Of a stretch of DNA of 64,000 bases, positions 37,216 to 46,990 are shown piece by piece. The DNA is from Felis catus. Lineage: Eukaryota. A program made the translations under genes and the position numbers. Positions within the stretch are counted from its first letter, which is position 1. Each line of letters begins with the position of its first letter. The stretch lies in assembly GCF_018350175.1 (NCBI RefSeq), contig NC_058383.1:13642001-13706000 (forward strand). The letters are read 5' to 3'. The notes beneath the pieces are model-generated. The model was not told where the DNA came from and did no database searches. It worked only from the letters and a program-made list of their open reading frames with translations.

Positions 37216-37760
37216 GCCCTCAGAAATTTCAGAAGAGAACTAGGAAGGAATTATGTAACGTGAAAATGGTAATGGAGTATTTTTTCTCCCAGATACCAGC
37301 CGATCTGCTCAAGATGACTTGGAAGTGGAGGCGGAGGAAGGGGTTGGGGAGAAACGCTAGCAAACGTGTTTAAAAAAAAAAAAAAAGGCACTGCAAAACT
37401 GGTTACCATGAGGGATCAGAGAGATTAAGGGTTTGGAACAGAAAGAAAAACCGCAGTGTAAGTGAAGCCTAGTGATACCCAAGATTAACAAAAAAAAATT
37501 TTTTTGAGGGGGACGAAACAAGTTTCAGAGCATGGGAAAACCGAACTGGTTGTGATTTTTTTTTTTAACATAGCATGATAAATATGACCTCGGAGACGTT
37601 GCTGAGATTTGGTGAGACTGAAACAAATTGGAAAAGGGATCGAGAAGTCTTCCCGGTGGAGGAGAGAGGCCCGCTTTGTGGGGAGGGTGAACACTTGAGT
37701 AGAAATCCACAGAGCAGAAGTAGCGGCCTGAAAGAGAACTTGCGAGCGAGAGAATGAGGA

Positions 37761-38356
37761 CAGCCGTCCCCGCTTAGCCACGGGGCGGTACGTTCCAGAC
37801 CCCCAGCAGGTGCCTGCACCCATGGATAGTGCCAACCCTATACAGGCTACGTTTTTTCCTACACATCCATACCCATGATAATGTTTAATTTGTTAAGTTG
37901 CCGCAGTAAGGGATTAACAACAATGAGCTAGAGTAATTTTAACAATATGCCGTAAAAAAGTTAGTGAATGTGGACTGTCTCTCAAAATATCTTATGGTAC
38001 TGCACTACCCTTCTTCTTGTGATGATGTGAGATGATAAAAGGCCTGTGTGACCAAGTGAACGATGTAGGTGTCGTGATGTAGCATTCGGCTACTATTGTT
38101 TGTTTGTTTGTTAGTTTGGGGAGAGAGAGAAAGAGCGTGAGCCTGACGCAGAGCTTGCTCTCATGACCGTGAGATCGTGGCCTGAGTGTAAATTAAGAGT
38201 CAAGTCGCTTCACGGCCTGAGCCACCCAGGCGCCCCGCGTTCGGCTACCGTTGGCTCTGGCGACAGGTCAGGAGGAGCGTCTGCTTGGGGACCGCTGTCG
38301 ACCGTGGGTAACTGAAGCCCTGGAAAGCGAAACCGCGGACAAGAGAGGGAACTACC
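37761..38356. mobile_element. MER44-like (Tigger7 family) MITE interrupted by a Can-SINE
   Basis: tacgttccagaccccc, ctcaaaatatctta, tgtgatgatgtgagatgataaaa, gggtaactgaagccctggaaagcgaaaccgcgga; degenerate TIRs at both ends. Confidence 0.85.
38099..38236 (-). mobile_element. Internally deleted Can-SINE nested in MER44
   Basis: gagccacccaggcgcccc head; 17-bp TSD gc(a/g)ttcggctac(ta/cg)ttg at 38082-38098 and 38237-38253. Confidence 0.9.
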
Positions 38357-38539
38357 ACACTTCAAGCCTCAGGCCAACCACAGAGGGAGCACGGAGCGTC
38401 TGGACAGGTGGCCCCAGCCATCACTCCCGGCACCTCTCCTGGGGGGAGGGTGGGGAGAGGAGGATTAGCTCCTGCCCACGGCCCCCACGCACCGCAGTGC
38501 CAATGTAGGAGGCGTCTCGCATCACTCCCCACCCGGAGA

Positions 38540-39115
38540 GCCGCTCCTCTGAGTCTGGTCTCAGAAATCACACTCTTGCTTTCTCTCATCTCCCGCATCT
38601 GGTGAGTCACCCGGTTTTGCCACGTCTGTCCTTAGAATGCCTGTTGACATACCTTCCTTTCCACTCACATCGCTCAGACCCCAGCTTTTCTCCTGGGGAT
38701 CCCCTCACCGCCTTGCACAGCCAGCTCACGCGAAGGGGCCGCCCTGCACACCAGAGGTGTGCCCACGGCCGCCTAACACACTCCGCGCTCACCACCCCTC
38801 GTGCCGTCCCCTGGGGTGCCTGTCCGTCCAGACCCCCCTTCCTGCCAGATTCTATAAACATCCGGATCCTGCTACCATCCCATCCCGCGTAAAAAGCTCT
38901 TTCCCTCTCCCCCCTCTGCTCCCTGGCCTGGAGTCCCGTTCCCTTCAGGCCTTATGGCGCTTCTGCTCTCTGTGTGTTTGAAGTTCCTGCTTCCCCGCCC
39001 CACGCCCCACATCCTCACCAGCCACTGCGTGGTCTCACCCATCCCTCCACCCGGTAGCCTCAGACCCCAGCCCTGCGTTTTACTTACGAGCAGCACGCGG
39101 TAAATGTTTGTTGGC
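38540..39115 (+). mobile_element. Degenerate L2
   Basis: ctttctctcatctcccgcatctggtgagtcacc...; ends ggtaaatgtttgttg. Confidence 0.45.
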
Positions 39116-39914
39116 GCCGATGGGATGTTTCTTCCCAAGACAGAGATCCCAAATGCTTCTTGCCCTTTTGATTTATCGTGCTTTTCAGAATATTTTCACA
39201 TCACTCCTGGAACTGGTACCAAGCAGGCTGAGCTGTCATTCCTGGGATTCGCTCTCTGTTCTCATGTGCCCGTCTCCATCTTTCCCGTCTCTTCTTCTCC
39301 AGAAATCCATTAAGATCAGCGTCTCCGGTGGCACCGCAGGTTTCTTCACACTCGGAAATGCCGGGCACCTGGGCCAAGAAACATCAGCTCATTTAAACCA
39401 GTCACTGTGCCCTCCAGGCCGACTGGGCCGGGCCTCGTGTTTGAGGCTCCTGCTCAGTGATAGAACTTAAAATTCCAGTCCCTCCGGTAAAATTTGATTA
39501 CATGTCCCTATCCAACATTGGAACCGCTCACTGCTATTTTTGTGGTTACTGAACTCCCCACACGTCCCCCCACTATTTCAAGGGCGTAGCCGCTTGGCTG
39601 TAATAACTGTTCAGACTATTTTCCTCAACAATTTTAGGTAGAGATCAACATGATATTTATTTTATAAAATCCTGTAAACTCCTTCCCCTTGCGTTTTTGC
39701 TGCACATATGCCCACCAAGAAAAGAAACTATCCTTCACATCATAGCCGAAGTACAAATGAAATGAGATGAATTTCTCACTTTGCCATACTATATGCCTCT
39801 TCTCCCTTTGTGAAAAAGAGATACAAAAGAGGAAGAAGAAAACACTGGTCGACATAAATAGCACTAAGTATAAGCAGTAGAAATGGGCTTCTGAGCTTTA
39901 AACTGTGCGGGGAA

Positions 39915-39928
39915 GTTGTTATGGCAAC
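39915..39928. promoter_or_regulatory. RFX X-box-like site GTTGTTATGGCAAC
   Basis: Near match to GTTGCCATGGCAAC in unique sequence. Confidence 0.4.
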
Positions 39929-41074
39929 CTGAAGTTGTCTTCGGTGGGGGGGGGGGGGGGGGGATGTGTCAGTATTAATGAGATAAGATCGAACTTGTGG
40001 CTCCAATGCTAACTGTGTTCTCCAAGATTTTTCTTCCTTCCGAGACCAAGAAGCAAAGCTGTTGTTTTATCAGTGACATCTAGATTTAGCAGTGGGAGAC
40101 AAATCGGGTGGGTAGCAAGGCCTGGCATTAGGTTTCCAGACTGAGCTTTATAATCCCCTGTTTGGAGGAATTAGATCACTCCTAACACGCCTGCTTCAGT
40201 TACTCTCATTCTAAGCATGTAGTTTTCAACTTACGGGATGAGTACTGTAGACAGGCCGTTAATTCCCTAAAGGGAGCCTGAAGCTCACGTAAATGTAAGG
40301 AATTTTGTGACCGGAAGAGATTTTTCTACAGGGAAAGTGTGAGAAGAGATCCTTGACGCTGGAACTGTCCAGGGGGGTGACTCCCCCGAGCAGAGATCGG
40401 CTGCGGGTCGGGATCTCAAAACCCTGATGTCTGGAGGGAGGGAAAAAGTGCAAATCAACAGGAAATAGGGAGCCTGGTTCTAGCTGAGGGGAACGGGTTC
40501 CCGGGCATCCAGAGCAGATACCGCCACATGTGGGTTTCGACTCTTGAGTTTGGAGGAGGAAGAGGGAGGTGAGAGCATGAGCCTGCCCTTGTAATAGAAA
40601 GAAATCAATAATAAAACGTGTTTTACAAACGGTAATCTGAGAGGCGAATTATTCTGTTTCCTAAAGCTAGAGATGTGCATAGAACAAGGCCTCAATTTGA
40701 GGGCCAGGGGGTGGGAGTGTGGTGTGAATGAGGATCAGCAGTGTAAGTGGTCTTCTAGAACGTGCTGTCTAGAAAGGGACTGCTGAGCCCCAGGGCACAA
40801 AGAGAAAGAAGAGAAAAGCAAGGGTGAGCAAAACCAAGAATGGGCTAACGGCGCCCAGTGGAACCTCTCCCCAGATACCGTTTAGCTGGTGAAGGAGGAA
40901 TGTCACCCGCAGACCGTCGGATGGGAAAGTCTAGAAAATGCCAGCGCTGCAAAACGGAAGTGCTCTGCAGCCTATCTTCAGTGCCGTCTTTACCTAGCGG
41001 GAATAAAGAGCCAAAATCAGCCAGAGCGGTGTAGATGCTAATTTAAAAAAAAAAAAATGTTTTTTAAGTCTTAA

Positions 41075-41295
41075 TATTTCACAGCCCTTTTACAAAGCCC
41101 CTTCGTGAGTAGTATTCCATTTGATTTGCACCGCCGTCCTGTGCACTGGGCAGAACCGAGGGTTCCCCCCATTTTACGAGGGGTAAAAGGGAGGAGCTTG
41201 CAGGGCCGGGCCGACCTGGCAGAGCTGTGTGGGTTCCAAGGGCTGAACCCAGAAGTTCAGCCCAGGCCGTTCAGACCCTGTCCTCTTTCTGTGGC
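41075..41295 (-). mobile_element. MIR
   Basis: tttacaaagccccttc...ccatttgat...cccccattttacgagggg. Confidence 0.6.
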
Positions 41296-42830
41296 AGGGC
41301 ACCTCAAGAAGCCGAACAAACCCTCCCTGTGAGGAAGCGTCAACTCACAGAATTCACGTAAAATCCCTTGAAAGGGCTCCTCCTTTCATCGCAGGCTGCC
41401 CTTCTTGCGGCCGGCGTATCCACCAAATGTCACCGCTTCACTGCCCGCAGCCCTGCCAGCGGGAACACGCTGCCAGCCTGCCGAGTGCAGGACGCGCCCT
41501 GGTGAAATGGCAGAACGTGGAGAGGGGACAGTGGAGTTCTCCTGGGGCGGCGCGCCGGCGACCAGAGCTCCCGAGGGGCAGTGGGGAAACCGGGCTCTGT
41601 ATCTTCCTCGGGAGCGGTATCCAGGCCCTCACTTGGTTTTGCTTTCCAAATAAATAAATATCAGAGAGGATAGCTGAGGTCAGTCTAGAAAATTAGAATT
41701 TGCTTGGGGGAAAAAATATGTTCTGCAAAAGATAAACAGTGGCTTGCAGTTTCACTGTCGGAACATTTGTTACAAGGTCCTGGTATTGATCTTTTATCAC
41801 CCAATTTCCACCGGGAGCCGTGATATATTACCACGCTGGGAAGCACTAATGCGAGTGTGTGAATCAGGGGAGACCCGAGACGGTATCTGCAGCGAGGCGG
41901 CATCCACTTGGGGGGGCGGGGGGGAGGGGTGGCGCGAGCTGGAGAATTCCGAGGGGAGTTGTGCGTTGTGCTGTGTGCAAATGCATATCCGTGCCGGGGA
42001 GTGTTACGGGTTTATGAGGAGAGTGATTAAAATTGCATCAAAGAGGCTTGTGAAGCTTATGGTTCAAGTTAACTGTATGAAGTAAACAGCCTTTAACGGC
42101 CTCCTGGGAGTGTGACAGATAGTCTGTGGGTGTTACGGCAACATGGTACTGGTGAATGTTCTGGCCATCCCAAACTAATCACCATCTGTGAGCATGGGTC
42201 TCTGGGGAGCGTCTGGTGGTTGGACAATCATGGTAGTTAGCATTTTTAATCAGCTTCTGTGCAGCACAGATAGAAACCTTATGCTCAAGCCTTTATTTTT
42301 CCTCTCTGCGTGGAATTACTTACGACGACGATAGCAGAGCTGACAAGGATTGGGGATGTACTTCTGCAAGATGCATCTTGTGATTCCTTCCATCCCTTCT
42401 TCCCTGGCCCCCAGCCTGACCTGAAAATTAGCCAGAACACTTGCCTGTGGTCGCTGCTCTTACCGCTTCTGTTTGCCGCCGGCAGAAGGGACCCCGGGGG
42501 CGGAGGGGAGGGAGGCTGCTTCTGCGTTCAGTGGGACGTGCCGTCTCAGGTCAGTGCCTGGAGTTGGATGCTCCTGTCTCGCCTCCTTTTGCCCTCTGAT
42601 TGCTCTTTCCGCCCCCACCCTCCCGACTCCCGCTCTCACACACACAGAGCCATCAGGCGCTGACTCCTTTCTTTCCTGTTATATTCCTATTATTTTTATT
42701 TCGGGGTGACGTTACCCGAGGGCTACAGCCGGACGCCAGACATGACAGAAGGTCAGTGGCAGCGCCCTCAGGAGTCGGCAGGCCTGCAGACAGCTGGGTT
42801 CCCCGACTGAGGCTTAGAGGAGAAGCTCGC

Positions 42831-43130
42831 TATCAGCTTAGCTTCTGTTACATAACAAACCGCCCCCAAACTTGGTGAGTTAAAAAACAACTGTCGCATA
42901 TAGGTCACAGCTCTGTGGGTCAAGCGGGTGCTGGTGCTCGTCTGGGCCAGCTCGGGAGATTGCTGCCGGACTCTCTCCATTGTCGGTGCTCAGCTGGGCT
43001 TGCCGACCTAGGGGCCTTCCCTTGGCGTCTGGCAGCCTCAGCTGAGAGTCATTTCTGCTCCGTCGGGTGGCTCACCTCGGCCTCGGTCCACATGATCTCT
43101 CTCTGCTCCAGGGTTCTAAGGAGGAATTGA
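42831..43130 (-). mobile_element. MLT1-type (ERVL-MaLR) solo LTR fragment
   Basis: tgttacataacaaaccgcccccaaacttggtgagttaaaaaacaac...tcacagctctgtgggtca is the characteristic MLT1 terminus. Confidence 0.75.
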
Positions 43131-44479
43131 GTGTTCAACTTGGTAACTCAGTTCCCTTCAAGTTGAAAAGAATGGATCCACTCCTCCTTTTTGGTTTCTT
43201 TTTCCTTTCACCCCCCAATCTTGAATGGGTTGTAATTCTCATTTTTGTAGCTGTGGATGGGCGTGGCAAGAAGACCAGCGGGTCAGTCACGGAGGAGAGC
43301 AGGAGCCTCTGATTCAGGGGAGGCCTGGATGGCGCATCGTCGTCAAAGAAAACGGTCCAGGTGCTGGAGCAGCCAGAACAGTGACCAGGCCTCTTTTCTA
43401 ACGGGGCTCCTTCCCCCCTTGGTGGCTGCCTCGTGGCTCTAGCTCGCCCCCCTGCCTCGTGGCTCTAGCTGCTGAGGAGAGAACCTCGGCTTTTCTCCTC
43501 GCTTTTCTCCCAAGTGAGGTGTTTCAGACGGCCCTCAGAATGTTTTCTTCGCGGGCGGCACAGGTCTTTTTCTGCTCAGCGGACTCTCACACCCTGCGGA
43601 AGCCCCGTGCGGGGACGAGGCTCTCATTCAGGGCTCTGTTATGGGCGAGGCCCTCCATATTGCCTCAATAGCGATGCGAGCGGAAGCGTAGAAGAGATCA
43701 GATGTAAAATCGAGGCAGATTCGGTCTCCTCGTCGGAAAGAAAGTGGGACTCGACCATGGCCCTTCTTCTCCGACTGGAGCCAGAACTCAGCCAGAGAGC
43801 AGCAGGGAGCTGGGTGGCAGAGGCTGCCGCGTCCCGCCGGAGCGGGACTGACCTTTGGTAGCAGCCGAGTGTGGGGGCGGCGTGGGCACGCGGGGCTCCG
43901 CGCAGCAGTGGCCTTCGCAGGTGGTGGAAGTAACGTCACGGGAACCCTCGCTCCGTTCTGCTCTGCCCTCCCCTTGGTGGCCTTCAGTCCGGAGAAGAGT
44001 GGATGGCAGTGGATAAAGTGAGACTCTTCACGGCACCAGCCCTGTGAGGTGACTGTTCTGTCGCGCTCAAGGAGATGGCCCACTGAGAGGACGATCCTGT
44101 ATCCCCCGTTCCCCTGCCTGCAAGGTGACCAGCTGCCATCTTGGATCATTACTGTCGGACAGAAGGACTGGTGTTCCGCAGAGGCTTGGATGAGATGGCT
44201 TCACGGCGCTTCTCGTCTGCTGCTGGTTAAGAATCCACGGACTCAAGGGTTGCCTTCCGGTGCCTGGAAGAGTTGGCACTTTAGGGAACACCAAGGAAGA
44301 GATCTTTCACGTTTGAGATCTTTCAGCAAGCCGAAGATATGGAAGATGTACTATTCGGGGGTTTCTGGGAATATACTTTTTTTTTTTTATTGTTTCTTTA
44401 AATCAGAAGGCAGAGAACAGTATTTCCACACGTTTTGTCACCCAGCACGAGACCACGTGATAGTTGTAACGACGATGAG

Positions 44480-44723
44480 GATAATGATGGCGGCAGCGGT
44501 AATGACGGGCTCACTGCGTGCCGGGCGCTGATCTGAGTACGTTACACGTATCAGCTCACTTCATTCTTAGGACGACTTTATAAGTCCTAGAGTCATCCAC
44601 ATTTTCATCTGTGACAAGACTGAGCGACCAAAAGGTGAAGTGATGTAGCTAGAGTCACACAACGAATCCGTTAGGGTTAGGATTTGAGGAGGTTTGACTC
44701 CAGAGTCTGTGCTCTCTACTACA
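44480..44723 (-). mobile_element. MIR, near full length, CpG-rich
   Basis: gctcactgcgtgccgggcgctg...gactgag...aggtgaagtga...agtcacac...tttgactccagagtctgtgctct. Confidence 0.8.
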
Positions 44724-44750
44724 CCTGTGCATGTTTGGTAGAATCTCATG

Positions 44751-44753
<3 letters not shown>

Positions 44754-44806
<53 letters not shown>

Positions 44807-44841
44807 TATAATATATATATAATCTATATTATAATATATAT
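44754..44841 (+). repeat. (AT)24 microsatellite with degenerate AT extension
   Basis: Pure repeat 44754-44802, read directly. Confidence 0.97.
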
Positions 44842-44965
44842 TTTTTTAATTGTAAAAAAGGGCTGCATAGAATTGGGCTACTGATTTTACATATTACCAA
44901 ATAAGAATTTTAAAAAATACAAATACCCTGTCCTATCACCATTATTTCATACAAAAAAAAAAAAA

Positions 44966-45204
44966 GTAGTGGTTAAGAGCTCTGAAGTCAAATTTGGATG
45001 ATACTGCTCACTAGGAAGTCATATGACCTTGAGAAATTTAAATAACCCCTCTGCCTCAGTTCCCTCATTGTAAAATGGAGTTGATTATAACAGTACCTAC
45101 CTTATGGGATAATTGGCAGAAGTCAATGAAATACTATATGTAAGGCACTGAGGGCCTAGCATGGAGGAGCATTCGATACCTTTTATATTATTATTATTAT
45201 TATT
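44966..45204 (+). mobile_element. MIR, near full length
   Basis: gtagtggttaagagc...tgaccttgag...gcctcagttccctcattgtaaaatgg...(tta)n tail. Confidence 0.85.
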
Positions 45205-45359
45205 CATACCAAAGAAGCAAGAAATATACAATATTAGAATAATATCAAATACATTGAAGTTTAGATTGCAAACTCACTGCCCTGTTTTCCCCCATCTTAC
45301 TTGGTCATAGGCCACACGTGATCTGGGAGCCATTACTGACTTGGTCTGTTTCCATCTTC

Positions 45360-45574
45360 TTTTTTTTTTTAATTTTTTAATGTTTATTTTTGAGAGAGAC
45401 AGACAGAGCGTGAGCAGGGGAGGGGCAGAGAGAGAGGGAGACACAGAATCGGAAGCAGGCTCCAGCTCTGAGCTGTCAGCACAGAGCCCAACACGGGGTT
45501 TGAACCTACAAACCATGAGATCATGACCTGAGCCAAAGTCAGATGCTTAACCGACTGAACCACCCAGGCGCCCC
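45360..45574 (-). mobile_element. Can-SINE without a visible TSD
   Basis: Canonical reverse body ending cacccaggcgcccc. Confidence 0.95.
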
Positions 45575-45789
45575 TAGAGACTAAGGTCCTTTTTAGTGGA
45601 GGAATCATAAGCAACAGGAGGGAAAACGTTTTCAACTGTGGAGCATTCGATGCATGGCCAACCCTCTAACCAACTAGGCTTCTGGTCCCCAGGCCTCCCG
45701 CACACCACCACTCCACTGTCCCGGCTTGAGACTGTACGGCTGAGAACCCACACCCAACACATCACCCCTTCTTTCAGTCATTTACGTGT

Positions 45790-45905
45790 TCGGTGCCCAT
45801 TCCCAGCCACCCTGGAGAACAAGGGCAAATACTCAGTCTTCCTTATATGCCCCCAGCAGGACTCAGCAGGAGATTCACACACAGTAGGTCCTTCATAAAT
45901 CTATC
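45790..45905 (+). mobile_element. L2 3' end
   Basis: caagggcaaa...gtcttccttatatgccccca...cacacagtaggtccttcataaat. Confidence 0.5.
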
Positions 45906-46865
45906 AAAAGCAAAATCAGAGCATTTGACCTGTAACTAGGATCTGTGTAGTTACACTCGTCAACTCCCAAGTCGTTAGGCATCGTGTTTTTGCTGTTGTC
46001 GAATCCAAGCTTGAGTCTCTCAGAATAATGTCATTTTGTTAAAGATTAACAACAGGCTGTGTTTTTGTACCCTGCTAAAATATGTAAAACAATTGGGGGA
46101 GAAGAGGGCTTTCTTTCCGGAGTTGATTTATATTATATTAATTAACTCTGTTGACTTTACACCATGCTTTGCAGTCAAATTAAGATTTTCCAGCAGGCAA
46201 CTCCCTCCATTTCATTTAAAGGTACCCAGTGTTGCTGAGGTAGGAATGGAGGGGATCGGGTCTGGAGAAATCTCACACTTAACCCTTCAGTGAGAGGTGC
46301 CGTGCAGTATCAGCATGGGAAGGGCAATCCAGCTCTCTCTTCTCGAGAGAGATCAAACGGTACTCATCCGAGAGCCATTTTACCACCTTCAGAGAACCCT
46401 GAGGGTCAAGTAAAAGGGGAAATGAAGGCAGATGGGGAATTAAAGACAGAGGAGCAGAAATTGCATCAAGGGAAGAATGTAAATATTTCAGTAGATTGAG
46501 GAACATAGGGCCGCTGAGCAGAATGTTTGGTCCGGGGGTGGCAAGGGACGCCCAGGCGTCTGCAGGATCACGGAGCTGCCATGACATGTGGCCTTTGTCC
46601 TTTCAAAGGGATAAAATGCTTTGATGCTTAAAGCCACAACAGTACATGTCTTTGACATCAGGGGGAAACGTGTTATATTTTACTTATAGATTTTTAGGTG
46701 ACAGGTTTTGTTGTTTTTTTTTTAATCTGTCTAATGCCTGGTTCTTACATTGTTAGTATGTATGAACTTTTACAATTTGTACTTCTCTTGCTTAAAGGAA
46801 GAAGATACTAGGCGTTCTATACCACGCCTTTCCCGTAACAGGTTCCCTAGTCACTCCATAGAATG

Positions 46866-46990
46866 TTCATGCATTCATTCCTCAAACATGGATGAAGTGC
46901 TTTAACCGTGAGCCAGATACAGTGCTAGGTTCTAAGTGACTAAAGGGGCTTTAAAAAAAAGTCCCTGGCCCCTTGGCATGAGCGCTTAGT
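46866..46990 (-). mobile_element. L2 3' end
   Basis: cattcattcctcaaacat...gccagatacagtgctaggttct...gtccctggccc. Confidence 0.6.

Noticed and set aside
46290..46499. Hydrophilic 69-aa ORF
   Set aside because: GTG start, no convincing splice sites, no recognisable domain.
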